Source: a virus. Taken from it: a stretch of DNA of 64,000 nt. The stretch is from the IMG/VR virus record IMGVR_UViG_3300008261_000027, positions 1 through 64,000 of that record; one strand, 5' to 3'. Below are positions 33,125-43,990 of the stretch, piece by piece (the stretch's first letter is position 1; each line of letters starts with the position of its first letter). The notes under the pieces were generated by a model. The model was not told where the DNA came from. It saw only the letters and a list, made by a program, of their open reading frames with translations, and made no database searches. Position numbers and translations under genes: made by a program.

Positions 33125-34957
33125 TTAATATGTAGGGATATCTAGAGTTTTTACTCTAACCTGAATGTCTTTATTAGGGAATCTTATTTGAAAAATCTGA
33201 TTAGATTTCATATAAATCGCCATATCTTTTTGTAAGATTTCTTTGGTTGCGGGATCTTTATAAGCTTGGGCTACTTGGGATGACGAATATTCTCCACCAA
33301 CTTTATTGAAAACTCTAACCTCAATTACGTTGACAACACCAGAAACATTGTTAACCTCTTTCATCAATTCACCAATGAATAATGGGTCACCCATTTTTCT
33401 TTTGTCAATCGAAAAATATTCTCTTACTGCTGTTATAATTTCTCTAATAACTTCTGTTTGATTTTGATTTTTATCTAATAAAACATCCAATTTTAATTCA
33501 AAGTCAATAACTTCACCACTAACAATATCAATATAGTCATTTATCATTCTATACTCTGCCAAATAATTTAATATATTTTGCTTTAGCGTATTTGACACAA
33601 TATTTGTTAAATTCCCTTTTTCATCATAAGATAATAATTTGATTCTTACTTTATTATCTTCTTCCATTACATTCACTTTAGCTGGTGCACCATATGTTGA
33701 TGGCATTGTTTCAATTAATGATTTGTAATCATTTAATGTTACCGCTCTGTTTTGTGCTGCAAAATTGTAAGATATCATACCTCTCAATTCCTCAATAGTT
33801 GGTTGATCTGCACCACCAACAGCTGGAGTTACGTTTGTAACAGTTAATGATTGTATAACTTGTGAATTTACATTTGCTGCTGGTCCATTAACAATAAACT
33901 CCGAATTTTCTATGTTATTAAGAACACCAACACCTAAATTACTCTCTTTACCACCACCAATTCTATATTTTACAAATAAGGTAGTGTCTTGTTTAGGTAT
34001 AGCCCCCAAAGACATATTATTTAAGTAAGTCGCTAAATTAACCTTAAGGGTGTTTGTTATATAGTTATCCAAATTGTCTAGCGGATCAACATTTCCAGAT
34101 CCAAAAGTTATGAAAAAATAACCTTCTGGGGTATACTCTGTGATAAATTTATTATTTACACTAATGTATTGTCCAGCTTTAAAATTAGCTCTATCTGAAG
34201 TTGCTGTTGTATTTGGAACAAAAACTTTATCTTGTACTAGAGCTTTTACTTCATACCATTTATTCAATGGTGCGTTAAATTCAGAATTGGTTGGGTTTGT
34301 TGTAAAATTGGTTCCATCTTTATGTATGATAGATGATACCCCTAAAACATTTTGTTCTGGTAAAACTAATTTTAAGAAAGGTTTTTGATCTTTTTGAGTA
34401 ATAACTTTTCTAAATATTTTTGTAACCCCGTTTACAACTGGTTCTCTTTTTGTTATCGTGTAAGAAATAATTTTACTATTTCCATCCAAATTTGGGATTT
34501 TTAATCTGTTTGATTCACCTCTTTCATTAAACGGATTTGAGAAATCAATATCTGAAACAGTTTCAAATATTTGACCGCCTCCAGAAATTTGTGTTCCGGC
34601 TCTTAATATACCTAAGTATCTATTATCTTCGGAATCACCTTTAACCGGAACAATAATACTAAAATCACATAATGCAACAGATGGTCTTAGTCCTGGAATT
34701 CTAATTCCATATGTTTTAGCAATATGAAATAAAGATTGTCTTTGTTGAGCAAAATCCAACATTGTTTCTTGCCATACCCTATCAATATGAAAATGCAAGT
34801 TATCGGTAACAGCCGCATTTAAATCCAATAAAACGGAAAATATTGACGCGTCGTTTGTATTTTGTATTAAGTCTGGGTAATACTCTTTAGTTAATTTAAC
34901 TAAATCTTGTCTTAACCCAGCAAAATCACGATTAGTATATGCTATTTTTTTGCTCAT
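33125..34957 (-). CDS. Baseplate wedge subunit (T4 gp6/baseplate J-like)
   Basis: YTNRDFAGLRQDL, YRIGGG..SN, GGAD, AQNRAVTLNDY. Confidence 0.88.
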   Translation of the reverse strand: MSKKIAYTNRDFAGLRQDLVKLTKEYYPDLIQNTNDASIFSVLLDLNAAVTDNLHFHIDRVWQETMLDFAQQRQSLFHIAKTYGIRIPGLRPSVALCDFSIIVPVKGDSEDNRYLGILRAGTQISGGGQIFETVSDIDFSNPFNERGESNRLKIPNLDGNSKIISYTITKREPVVNGVTKIFRKVITQKDQKPFLKLVLPEQNVLGVSSIIHKDGTNFTTNPTNSEFNAPLNKWYEVKALVQDKVFVPNTTATSDRANFKAGQYISVNNKFITEYTPEGYFFITFGSGNVDPLDNLDNYITNTLKVNLATYLNNMSLGAIPKQDTTLFVKYRIGGGKESNLGVGVLNNIENSEFIVNGPAANVNSQVIQSLTVTNVTPAVGGADQPTIEELRGMISYNFAAQNRAVTLNDYKSLIETMPSTYGAPAKVNVMEEDNKVRIKLLSYDEKGNLTNIVSNTLKQNILNYLAEYRMINDYIDIVSGEVIDFELKLDVLLDKNQNQTEVIREIITAVREYFSIDKRKMGDPLFIGELMKEVNNVSGVVNVIEVRVFNKVGGEYSSSQVAQAYKDPATKEILQKDMAIYMKSNQIFQIRFPNKDIQVRVKTLDIPTY

Positions 34958-34958
34958 A

Positions 34959-35414
34959 TTATATATTGATAATTATAAAATCTGAAGTGACAAAAGTTGA
35001 ATTATTTGTTGTATAATCAATTCTTATTTTTGCTGTATAAGGCTTTGTTGAAGAACTTCCTATTCTAAATAATCTACTATCTTGTTCTTCTTTAACAGAA
35101 GACGAAGAGTCTTCTGACTCTATTTCCGGATTCGTTATTTTTATTGAATTTATTTCTAAATTTGGTATATATGCTGCAACAGTTTCTCTAATATCTTCTT
35201 CAATATTTGAATAAGTTACAGAATCGTTTGGTTCAAAAATATACTCATACAATCTAGTGCCAAAATCGGGTAAGAAATATCTACTACCCTTTCTCGTTAA
35301 AAGTAAGTGAACAAGATTTGCACGAACTTCCTCGTCTACTGATTGAGTCATTCTTACATAGTCTCCTACGAAACTATCTCTAAATGGAAAATCTATACCG
35401 TATTTTGAACTCAT
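34959..35414 (-). CDS. Baseplate wedge gp25-like protein
   Basis: GIDFPF, LLLTRKGSRYFLPDFGTRLYEYIFEP; start MSSKY. Confidence 0.9.
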   Translation of the reverse strand: MSSKYGIDFPFRDSFVGDYVRMTQSVDEEVRANLVHLLLTRKGSRYFLPDFGTRLYEYIFEPNDSVTYSNIEEDIRETVAAYIPNLEINSIKITNPEIESEDSSSSVKEEQDSRLFRIGSSSTKPYTAKIRIDYTTNNSTFVTSDFIIINI

Positions 35415-35451
35415 AACTATAAATATAAACAATAAGAAAATAGATATAAAT

Positions 35452-35500
35452 AAAAAATCGCGACACTTTCCTAAAAAAATGTCGCGATAAGTGTCGCAAT
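35452..35500 (-). terminator. Terminator after nrdA with duplicated 5' arm
   Basis: AAGTGTCGCGAT plus U-run can pair with ATCGCGACATTT or ATTGCGACACTT. Confidence 0.65.
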
Positions 35501-35504
35501 AATA

Positions 35505-35563
35505 GTGACTTGATATTTGCGCCCTATATTCTCAAGTCCTGGGTACTCAAGGGGCACCACCCA
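35505..35563 (-). ncRNA. Candidate kissing-loop RNA in the nrdA 3' UTR
   Basis: Hairpins TGGGTG/TACCCA and GACTTGA/TCAAGTC with complementary loops GTGCCC/GGGCGC. Confidence 0.35.
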
Positions 35564-35568
35564 TTATC

Positions 35569-38001
35569 TTATGAACCACATCCTTCACACTCAAAAGGTG
35601 AATCTGTAGGTCTTTGTGCTGTCATAATAAGCTCAGGTGTTTCTTCACTTATAATTGCGTTATTCGTTGGCGTTGAATATGATACCGTTTGTTGTACTTG
35701 CTCAACAGGTTTATTAGCTGAAGTATCAATTCCTAATCCTTTTAACGGATCTACAGCCGATCTTGTTCTCAGATAGTACATACCAGTTTTTAATCCCATT
35801 TTCCAGCCAAATAAATGAGCGGCAAGAAGTTTTGGTTTAGTTGCATCAGCAATAAATAAATTCAATGATTGTGATTGATCAATAAAAATAGATCTATTTG
35901 CTGCCATTTGTAGTAATCTTTTTTGTGACATCTCCCAAACGGTTTTGTAAACTTCTTTAACATCTGTAGGTATTTCTGGAATATTTTGTACCGAACCATT
36001 TTCAAGAATTAGTTTCTTTTTAATATCCTCGTTCCACAAATTAAGAGACATCAATTTTTTAACTAGGTGTTTGTTTACAACAATGAATTCACCACCAAGT
36101 GTTCTTCTTGAGTATAGATTTGTTGTAAATGGCTCAAACGCTTCGTTGTTACCCAAAATTTGGGCGGTTGACGCTGTTGGCATTGGTGCAACGAGTAATG
36201 AGTTTCTAACACCAAATTTAACAACCTCTTTTCTTAGACTTTTCCAATCCCAACGACCAGATAATTCTTTGTCTGTTTTACCCCACATTTCAAATTGGAA
36301 AACGCCTTTTTCAATTGGCGCCCCTGATATTGATTCATATGGACCAACCTCTTTAGATATATCTTTAGAAGATGTCATTGCGGCAAAATAAATTGTTTCG
36401 AATATGTCTGTTTGCAATTTATCTGCTTCATCACTTTCAAATGGAATATCCAACATACAGAATACATCTGCCAATCCTTGAATACCCAAACCAACTGGTC
36501 TATGTTTAAAATTAGATCTTTTTGTCTCTTCTGTTGGATAGAAATTCAAATCAATAACATTATTCAAGTTTTTAACAACTTGATATGTGTATTCATAAAG
36601 TAGATCGTGATTAAATTCACCATCAACAACATATTTTGGTAATGCAATTGATGCTAAATTACAAACGGCTTGTTCAGTTGGCGAACTATATTCAATAATT
36701 TCGGTACACAAATTTGAAGATTTAATTGTGCCTAAATTCTTTTGATTTGATTTATAATTAGCTGGATCTTTATACAGCATATAAGGTGTACCAGTTTCGA
36801 TTTGAGCAGTTAAAATTGCATCCATCAATTTTCTAGCCTTAATAACCTTTCTTGCTTTACCTTCTTGCTCATACTGTTCATAAAGCTTAGTGAATGCTTT
36901 ATTTTCTGGTGAATCATATGCATCAGACAATCCTGGCGCCTCATCTGGAGAAAATAATGACCAATCACCATCTGATTCTACGCGTTGCATAAATAAATCC
37001 GGTGTCCACATTGCAAGGAACAAATCCCTTGCCCTTAATTCTTCCTTACCATGATTTTTTCTTAGGTCAATAAATTCAAAAACATCTGAATGCCATGGTT
37101 CAAGATAAATCGCAAAAGAACCTTTTCTCTTACCACCTTGATTAATCCAACGAGCAACCTCATTATATGTTTTCAACATTGGTAATAATCCATCTGACAT
37201 TCCTCCAGTTCCTTTAATGTATGCACCTTTAGCTCGCACATCATGAACGTGCAAACCAATACCTCCAGCCCATTTAGAAATCTTGGCAACGTCTTTGATT
37301 GTATCAAATAATCCATCGATATCATCACCTTTGTTACCAATTAAGAAACAAGAAGACATTTGTGGTCTACGTGTTCCGGCATTAAATAATGTTGGTGTTG
37401 CGTGTGTATAAAAATGTTGTGATAAATCATCATAAATTCTTAAAGCCATTTGTAAATCACCATTACAAATACCAACTGCAACACGCATGTATAGATATTG
37501 TGGTCTTTCAACAACACGTTCACCAATTTTCAAAAGATATGAACGTTCTAACGTTTTGAATCCAAAATAATCAAAGTCAAAATCTCTTGTTATAACAATC
37601 GCACCATCCAAAACGTCTTTGTTTTCCATAACAAATTTGTAAACATTGTCATCAATTAATGATGACTCTTTGTTTGTTTTTGGTTCAACAAATGAGTGAA
37701 GTTCTCTTATTGACTGTGAAAACTTCTTGGGTGTTGTTTTATGTAAATTTGTAACAGCCAGCCTACCAGCTAATCTAGCATAATCTGGATGTACTGTTGT
37801 CATAGATGCTGCAGTTTCTGAAGCTAATACATCTAACTCTGTTGTTGAAATACCGTCATATATCCCTTGAGTAACTTTTAATGTAATATATGTTGGGTCA
37901 ATGTATTCTAGATTTAAGTCTTCACACAAAGCGCCTATTCTTCTAGTTATCTTATCATATCTCATTTCCTCTAAGGAACCGTCTCTTTTTAATACTTTCA
38001 T
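35569..38001 (-). CDS. nrdA: Ribonucleotide reductase class Ia alpha subunit
   Basis: ATP cone (VLKRDG), ATPTLFNAG, SSCF, SNLCTEI, APMPTAST, KTGMYYLR, C-terminal CEGC. Confidence 0.97.
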   Translation of the reverse strand: MKVLKRDGSLEEMRYDKITRRIGALCEDLNLEYIDPTYITLKVTQGIYDGISTTELDVLASETAASMTTVHPDYARLAGRLAVTNLHKTTPKKFSQSIRELHSFVEPKTNKESSLIDDNVYKFVMENKDVLDGAIVITRDFDFDYFGFKTLERSYLLKIGERVVERPQYLYMRVAVGICNGDLQMALRIYDDLSQHFYTHATPTLFNAGTRRPQMSSCFLIGNKGDDIDGLFDTIKDVAKISKWAGGIGLHVHDVRAKGAYIKGTGGMSDGLLPMLKTYNEVARWINQGGKRKGSFAIYLEPWHSDVFEFIDLRKNHGKEELRARDLFLAMWTPDLFMQRVESDGDWSLFSPDEAPGLSDAYDSPENKAFTKLYEQYEQEGKARKVIKARKLMDAILTAQIETGTPYMLYKDPANYKSNQKNLGTIKSSNLCTEIIEYSSPTEQAVCNLASIALPKYVVDGEFNHDLLYEYTYQVVKNLNNVIDLNFYPTEETKRSNFKHRPVGLGIQGLADVFCMLDIPFESDEADKLQTDIFETIYFAAMTSSKDISKEVGPYESISGAPIEKGVFQFEMWGKTDKELSGRWDWKSLRKEVVKFGVRNSLLVAPMPTASTAQILGNNEAFEPFTTNLYSRRTLGGEFIVVNKHLVKKLMSLNLWNEDIKKKLILENGSVQNIPEIPTDVKEVYKTVWEMSQKRLLQMAANRSIFIDQSQSLNLFIADATKPKLLAAHLFGWKMGLKTGMYYLRTRSAVDPLKGLGIDTSANKPVEQVQQTVSYSTPTNNAIISEETPELIMTAQRPTDSPFECEGCGS

Positions 38002-38016
38002 TTTATTTATAATATT

Positions 38017-38988
38017 TTAAAAATCAAGATCACCAAATGCAGAACTTAAATCTTCTGCAGCATTATTAACTCCAGCTTTTTGATATTCAGCAACTCTCTT
38101 TTCAAAGAAATTAGTTTTTCCTTGTAAAGCAATATTTTGCATAAAATCAAATGGATTTTCTGAATTATAAACTTTAGGAACACCTAATGCCACCAATAAT
38201 CTATCTGTAACAAATTCAAGATACTGAGCCATTAAATCTGAGTTCATACCAATAAGTCTTACTGGTAATGCTTCAAGAATGAATTCTTTTTCAATCTCTA
38301 ATGCACCACAAATAATATCTCTAACCTGTTGCTGTGTTAATTTATTTTCAATATGATGATTAAACAAGTGACAAGCAAAATCACAATGCATCCCTTCGTC
38401 ACGAGAAATCAATTCATTAGAGAATGTTAATCCTGGCATTAGCCCTCTTTTCTTTAACCAGAAAATAGCACAGAAAGATCCAGAAAAGAAAATTCCTTCA
38501 ACTGCAGCAAAAGCAATAAGCCTTTCAACAAAGGTTCCCTTTTCAATGTATCTTAATGCCCATTCAGCTTTTCTTTTAATAGCTGGAACAGTTTCAATGG
38601 CATTAAATAATTTATTTTGTTCTTCTTTATCCTTGATGTATGTATCAATCAACAATGAATATGTCTCACTGTGAATGTTTTCCATCATAATCTGAAAGCC
38701 ATAAAACATTTTAGCTTCAGTATATTGAACGGCGTTAACAAAGTTCATTGCGATATTCTCGTTAACAATACCATCTGATGCCGCGAAGAAAGCTAATACA
38801 TGTTTAACAAAATGTTGCTCATCGGCATTCAATTTATTTTCCCAGTCATAGGTGTCTTGCTGCAAATCAATTTCTTCTGCAGTCCAAAAACACGCTTCTT
38901 GCTGTTTATAAAGTTTCCATAAATCATGATGTTCAATTGGGAAAAGGACGAAGCGTCCGGGATTGTCGATTAAAATCTTCTCGGTCAT
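38017..38988 (-). CDS. nrdB: Ribonucleotide reductase class Ia beta subunit
   Basis: [45 protein letters not shown]; start MTEKIL. Confidence 0.97.
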   Translation of the reverse strand: MTEKILIDNPGRFVLFPIEHHDLWKLYKQQEACFWTAEEIDLQQDTYDWENKLNADEQHFVKHVLAFFAASDGIVNENIAMNFVNAVQYTEAKMFYGFQIMMENIHSETYSLLIDTYIKDKEEQNKLFNAIETVPAIKRKAEWALRYIEKGTFVERLIAFAAVEGIFFSGSFCAIFWLKKRGLMPGLTFSNELISRDEGMHCDFACHLFNHHIENKLTQQQVRDIICGALEIEKEFILEALPVRLIGMNSDLMAQYLEFVTDRLLVALGVPKVYNSENPFDFMQNIALQGKTNFFEKRVAEYQKAGVNNAAEDLSSAFGDLDF

Positions 38989-39004
38989 AATATTTGTTTT
39001 AATT

Positions 39005-40408
39005 TTAGTTGTTAACTGATTTTCTAGTCTGATTGGTGACTTTCTCTTTGTATTCAAGAGCCTTTTTTATTCTTTCTCTATTTTCAACTTCTTTATCCTC
39101 TTTGAAACCTAGTAAGGTGTTTTGTGAATCAGTATCAATATCAAGATACTCATTGTCAAATTTAGAATTACTAAAAATAACACCATCTCTACCTATTCTA
39201 GATTTTAATAAAGTTATTGTTGCCAAGTTGTGCTCTTTTTGTTCAAGGGTTTTTGCTATTGAAACTACCACATGGCCAATCTGTGCTTTTTTAATTGAAC
39301 CACCCATTTGATCTGTGGTAACCACCTCAGATGAAATAGATTCACGATTACCTTGTGTTGCTGTCCAAATAGCGATATCAAACTCTGATGTCATTGCCTC
39401 TAAAGATCTCATAATAGACCCCTCACCTTTCCATTCTTCACCATGTGTGCTTCTTTCAGGTGTAATGCAATCAACATAATCCAAAGTTAATAAATCTATT
39501 CTAAACCCATCTGCCATAAGCTTTCTCAATTTTGATTTAATTTCAGAAATTGTAATAGAATCGCTAGGCAATTTAAGCAATTTTATTTGTCCGGCAGATC
39601 TTGTTTGAGCCTCTTCAACCAATTTCATGGTTTCTTCTGGATTTTCTATTTGCCCATCTGGCGAAATACCAGTCCATATCGTATAATGCTTTTTCTTAAT
39701 ATTATTAATGTTGTCTTCAAAGAATATTTGAACAACATTAAACCCGGTATTATACGCTGTGTTAGATATCTTAGTTAACATTGTTGTCTTACCAGTACCA
39801 GTTGGCGCTAATACTACACCAAGTTCACCTCTACCTAAACCACCCTTTAGACAGTTGTCTAGTCCAAGTATTCCTGTTGGAATTGGGTTTCTAGAGTCAG
39901 CTTTAAGGGCATCTCCAATATTTTCAAAAACATCCTGCAGCTCATCATTTGTTACCCCAACCTGAAGAGCCTTCTGTATAATTTTTTCAATCTTATGATA
40001 TTCTTCAAACTCACCGCTAACAGTGATACTTTCAACTTCTTTCAAAGCTTTTTTCAAAACTTGTTGTTTACAGAAATTATAAGCTTTTTCCTTTGTGAAA
40101 TTTATGTCACCACCGGCTAACTCGTGTTTTTTAATAGCGTCTAAAGTATCAATGTTTGATCTTAAAACAGTATCGCTAGAATTCTCTGATTGTATTTTTT
40201 GCTTAAGAGCATCGTAAGATGGGAATGATTTAAAATTCTCATTCCATTCTTTTAAATTCTTAATTATAAATTTAAAAGAATTGTTGTCAAAATATGACGG
40301 CTCAATTACATCAATAATTGTCTCAGCAAATTTTTTATCTTCAATAATAATTTTTAAAAGGGACGTTTGATACTCAGCACCTAGTGCCCCAAAATTTTTC
40401 TCAGTCAT
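39005..40408 (-). CDS. Replicative DnaB-like helicase (T4 gp41-like)
   Basis: APTGTGKT Walker A, LDYVD, TATQGNR, LLKSR. Confidence 0.9.
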   Translation of the reverse strand: MTEKNFGALGAEYQTSLLKIIIEDKKFAETIIDVIEPSYFDNNSFKFIIKNLKEWNENFKSFPSYDALKQKIQSENSSDTVLRSNIDTLDAIKKHELAGGDINFTKEKAYNFCKQQVLKKALKEVESITVSGEFEEYHKIEKIIQKALQVGVTNDELQDVFENIGDALKADSRNPIPTGILGLDNCLKGGLGRGELGVVLAPTGTGKTTMLTKISNTAYNTGFNVVQIFFEDNINNIKKKHYTIWTGISPDGQIENPEETMKLVEEAQTRSAGQIKLLKLPSDSITISEIKSKLRKLMADGFRIDLLTLDYVDCITPERSTHGEEWKGEGSIMRSLEAMTSEFDIAIWTATQGNRESISSEVVTTDQMGGSIKKAQIGHVVVSIAKTLEQKEHNLATITLLKSRIGRDGVIFSNSKFDNEYLDIDTDSQNTLLGFKEDKEVENRERIKKALEYKEKVTNQTRKSVNN

Positions 40409-40432
40409 TAAATAATTTTTATAGTTAGTAAA

Positions 40433-40891
40433 TTAAAGTTGGTACTGAAGATATGTCATGTCCGGTCTTTTCAATGACAATATTTCAGTTAAATCATTTA
40501 GAACTCTCTTTAACATCGGTCTGATGTCTACCGTATATCTAACCTTAGGCGGATAGTAATGAGCGGCGAAAATCCTTTCAATAAATACATCATCAAGATG
40601 CTTAATTTGTAACAAAAAATATTGTTCATCTCTCTCATTAGGATCTTCCACATATTCAGTATTAAAGAAAATATCTTGATTTTCAACCAGAAAATTAGAA
40701 CTTTTTATTTTCAAATCTTCTGAAATTTTTTCACAAATATTTTTTACCTCATAATGTAGGTCCATAGATCTTTTTGTTTTGGGGTTATGGTCCCTAACAA
40801 AAAAATACCTTTGACAAATAATGTTCCCATCAAGTGTTAAAAGGAACTCAAATTTGTTCATTTCATCGTTTGCTGATTTTACTGTGTTCAT
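40433..40891 (-). CDS. Hypothetical protein
   Basis: 152-aa ORF tightly packed in the replication operon. Confidence 0.6.
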   Translation of the reverse strand: MNTVKSANDEMNKFEFLLTLDGNIICQRYFFVRDHNPKTKRSMDLHYEVKNICEKISEDLKIKSSNFLVENQDIFFNTEYVEDPNERDEQYFLLQIKHLDDVFIERIFAAHYYPPKVRYTVDIRPMLKRVLNDLTEILSLKRPDMTYLQYQL

Positions 40892-40894
40892 AGT

Positions 40895-41917
40895 TTACTT
40901 TTTAATTTTGAATTTTATTATTTGTTTATTTTTTTCTATTCTAGTTAATCTTAAGAAAGGATTTAAGAAGTTTATCCAGGCATCTTCGCCTTTTGGTAAT
41001 AAAGTAAAAATACCATCTTCCATCATCATTTTCATTGTGTTTTTATATGACCTTCCTTCTGAATCTAGATTTTCGTTTATAAGACTTATGATGTCTTGTT
41101 TAGCTTGCTCCGTTAAAATTGGTTCGTCTAATGATACAATTTGGTTGTTGATATCAAAGAATTCGTCTCCAAATACCCCTAATTTGGTAACACCAGTTAG
41201 GAAATTCTGAATTAATTTATTTTCTTTGTCCTGTTGAAACAATACGTTACCCATTTCCCTAACTTCGCTTAGGGTTAATTTTTTGTCACGTATTTCTGGA
41301 AATAGGGAAATCAGTCGTTTTAATCCTAAGTTTCTGATACCATAAATGTTATCAGATGGATCACCACATAGTATTTTAACTAATTTGACATTTTCAACTA
41401 TGATATTTTCTTTATCATATTCTACTAGGTCATTTGAGTTATATACTTTTTGGTGAGCAGGGTTATATAATGAAACGTTTTCGGAAATAAGTTGCATTAA
41501 ATCCCTGTCAGAGGAAAATATGAATTTTTTTTCTTTTGGAGAGTTTTGAGTATAGAATGCTATACAATCATCAGATTCACAATATTCAAATTCGCCTTGT
41601 CTTATATAAAGCTCTTCTAAGTATTGTTTTAATCTTTCTCTTTGATATTGGTAAGATTGGATCTCTTCCTCAGTTTTTACCCTTGTCCTTCTATTTTCTT
41701 TATAGAGGTGATAAATTTTCTTTCTAGAAAGAGATCCATCTTTACCATCCCAAAAAACACAAATTTTGTCTAATTTAAAGGCTTCAAAACATCTTCTTAA
41801 CGTGTTTATAAAGTGGTAGATACCACCGATGTGTTTTCCTTTATAATAGTGGTTTTTCAACCCGTGAAACCCAATAGTTAATAGATTATCTCCATCAACT
41901 AATAATACATTAGACAT
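40895..41917 (-). CDS. 5'-3' exonuclease/flap endonuclease (T4 RNase H-like)
   Basis: LLVDGDNL, FWDG, YKENR, ESDD, SSDRDLMQL, GDPSDNIYGI. Confidence 0.92.
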   Translation of the reverse strand: MSNVLLVDGDNLLTIGFHGLKNHYYKGKHIGGIYHFINTLRRCFEAFKLDKICVFWDGKDGSLSRKKIYHLYKENRRTRVKTEEEIQSYQYQRERLKQYLEELYIRQGEFEYCESDDCIAFYTQNSPKEKKFIFSSDRDLMQLISENVSLYNPAHQKVYNSNDLVEYDKENIIVENVKLVKILCGDPSDNIYGIRNLGLKRLISLFPEIRDKKLTLSEVREMGNVLFQQDKENKLIQNFLTGVTKLGVFGDEFFDINNQIVSLDEPILTEQAKQDIISLINENLDSEGRSYKNTMKMMMEDGIFTLLPKGEDAWINFLNPFLRLTRIEKNKQIIKFKIKK

Positions 41918-41946
41918 TACGTCTTTTAAGTTAAAATGTTAAACAA

Positions 41947-42978
41947 TCAATCTTCGTTGTCTTCTTCTGGAGTGTCTTCAAACTTGATTTCTCCAACGTC
42001 TGAAACTCTCTCTTCAAATAGTGAGCTGATATAATCCAAATTATTTTTTACATAATCTTCTCTGGATTTTTTCTCTTCAGCCGCTTCTTTTGCCATCATG
42101 AATCCATGTGGCGTAACCATTATTTTACCATCAGCAAACGCAATACCGTTAACGTGATTTTTCATAACAGATATTTTACTTCTGGTAGCAATTGTAATAG
42201 TTCTCTTATTTTTTGTGATAGAAATTTTGGTGATGCCAGAATTCTTTTCATTTCCAAATCTAAAAACTAACGTAGAGTTTAACCAGATTGACTCACCACC
42301 TTTAGCCTTAATTTTAGGCTGGCCAAATGGATTATCTGGTAATTCAACCCAAGGTTGGTTAACGATAATCAATGTGTTTGTATGAGGCTTGTCTGCTCTT
42401 CTTGAACCAGAAATTCTCTGGTTGATACCCATACCAATTTTATCTGATAATACAGATGCATTGTGCTGTTTACCACCCTTGCCTTCCCATGTCATTTTAC
42501 ATGGTACAGATCCAACAGAATCCCATAAAAATAAAATATCATATGGTAATTCACCCTTCTCTTGCAAATCAAGCATTTCATTTATGAAATCGGTAATCTG
42601 CTCAATATATTCGAAATCATTTTTGAAAATGAAATCTCCAGAATATGTGACTTCGCCAGTGGCTTGATCTACTTCCTTAACAACCGGAATTCCCATAATA
42701 TTTGCATGATCAAAATCAAATTTTTGTTCAGTAATTATGAAAATTGGTAAAATACCTTTCTTAATTGCATCCGCAGCAGCAGCTAAAAGTGCCGTTGTTT
42801 TACCGGTATCAGAATGGCCTAAGAACATGTTAATATGCCCCATCGCCGGTCCTGGTAAACCGGTCGCATCAAGAAAAGCATCACCCAAATCTAAAAAGCG
42901 GTCTGGTTTATACTTAGTTAAACTAGAGTATTTTGATGCGATACTTGAAATTGCGAAATTTTGTTTTTTAATAGCCAT
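41947..42978 (-). CDS. RecA/UvsX-like recombinase
   Basis: GHSDTGKT Walker A, LWDSVG, IVNQ, KGGE, KNHV; likely start MAIKK. Confidence 0.88.
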   Translation of the reverse strand: MAIKKQNFAISSIASKYSSLTKYKPDRFLDLGDAFLDATGLPGPAMGHINMFLGHSDTGKTTALLAAAADAIKKGILPIFIITEQKFDFDHANIMGIPVVKEVDQATGEVTYSGDFIFKNDFEYIEQITDFINEMLDLQEKGELPYDILFLWDSVGSVPCKMTWEGKGGKQHNASVLSDKIGMGINQRISGSRRADKPHTNTLIIVNQPWVELPDNPFGQPKIKAKGGESIWLNSTLVFRFGNEKNSGITKISITKNKRTITIATRSKISVMKNHVNGIAFADGKIMVTPHGFMMAKEAAEEKKSREDYVKNNLDYISSLFEERVSDVGEIKFEDTPEEDNED

Positions 42979-42999
42979 TTTATATTTTTTTATTTTAAA

Positions 43000-43030
43000 C
43001 ATTCTCAAAGGCTATGCACCCTTGAGAATG
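43000..43030 (-). promoter_or_regulatory. Hairpin between ssb and the recA-like gene
   Basis: Inverted repeat CATTCTCAA...TTGAGAATG. Confidence 0.45.
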
Positions 43031-43040
43031 TCTTTAATTA

Positions 43041-43892
43041 TTAGAACGGAAGATTCTCGTCAGTATCCGCATCTTCTTGTGGGTCTGGTAGTTCAGCACT
43101 TGTGCTAGATCCGCCACCCATCATTGCTTCTGCTTCTTCACCATAAACAAACTTTTTCAGTTTGTCATTCCATTTAGGAACATACCCCTCAGCAACACCC
43201 TGAAGATATTCAATAGGTTTTTTGGAATACGCATCTTGCCAAGTAAGTGTGTTTGATAACCAAAGTTCTTTTTGTTCTTTGTTTTCACTTAATGGCGATT
43301 TATCATCAGGAATTACACTTGTAATTGCAGTGTATTCACCGCCAAGAGGATTCTTCAAAACATTTAAAGTAAGAGTCAAATCTCTACCTGTTTCTGGATC
43401 TGTGATGTCTTCTCTTTTAGCCTTCATGACATCCATAATCTTATTATAAGCTCCATCACTTTTAAGACTATGCTTAATTCTCCAGAATTTAACACCATCT
43501 TGCTCATTGTCCCTGTCGATAACACGGAAAATATAGAACTTTCTTGAACGATACTGGCCAGCAAGTTTCTTATCTGCTTCACTACCAGTCATTCTTAGTG
43601 CATCACCAACCTCATTTAATGGGGATTTTTCACCATCTTGTGCAGGATCGTACAATTTTACCCATTTTTTATCCACCTGAACTTCGTGGAAATATTTTTC
43701 GGTCCAAAACACTTGTTGACCTTCTAGTGGAGGTAGAATTCTAATCCTTTTCATTCCGCTTGTTTGTCCCTTTGGGAGGATTGCAGCGAAATACATTTTT
43801 AATCTTTCTTCAGAGCTGATTTTTTGCGCTGAACTGCTTGACTGAGTATTTTTTTCATACTGCGCCAATGCTGCTTCTAATACGTTAGACAT
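43041..43892 (-). CDS. Single-stranded DNA-binding protein (T4 gp32-like)
   Basis: RIRILPP, YFH, DPETGRDL; acidic tail ending DENLPF; adjacent to recA-like gene. Confidence 0.8.
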   Translation of the reverse strand: MSNVLEAALAQYEKNTQSSSSAQKISSEERLKMYFAAILPKGQTSGMKRIRILPPLEGQQVFWTEKYFHEVQVDKKWVKLYDPAQDGEKSPLNEVGDALRMTGSEADKKLAGQYRSRKFYIFRVIDRDNEQDGVKFWRIKHSLKSDGAYNKIMDVMKAKREDITDPETGRDLTLTLNVLKNPLGGEYTAITSVIPDDKSPLSENKEQKELWLSNTLTWQDAYSKKPIEYLQGVAEGYVPKWNDKLKKFVYGEEAEAMMGGGSSTSAELPDPQEDADTDENLPF

Positions 43893-43936
43893 AGTTTTTA
43901 ATTTAAAATTGTTAATAATCTTAGGATAAGATAAAT

Positions 43937-43975
43937 AAAAAAACCCAGATAAAAAAATCTGGGTCTCTTTTTTTA
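43937..43975. terminator. Intrinsic terminator
   Basis: ACCCAGAT/ATCTGGGT stem flanked by A- and T-runs. Confidence 0.7.
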
Positions 43976-43990
43976 AATATTTTTTTTTCT

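Noticed and set aside
35569-40408. Introns or inteins in nrdA, nrdB or helicase
   Set aside because: ORFs are uninterrupted, of normal length, and show no intein or homing-endonuclease motifs.
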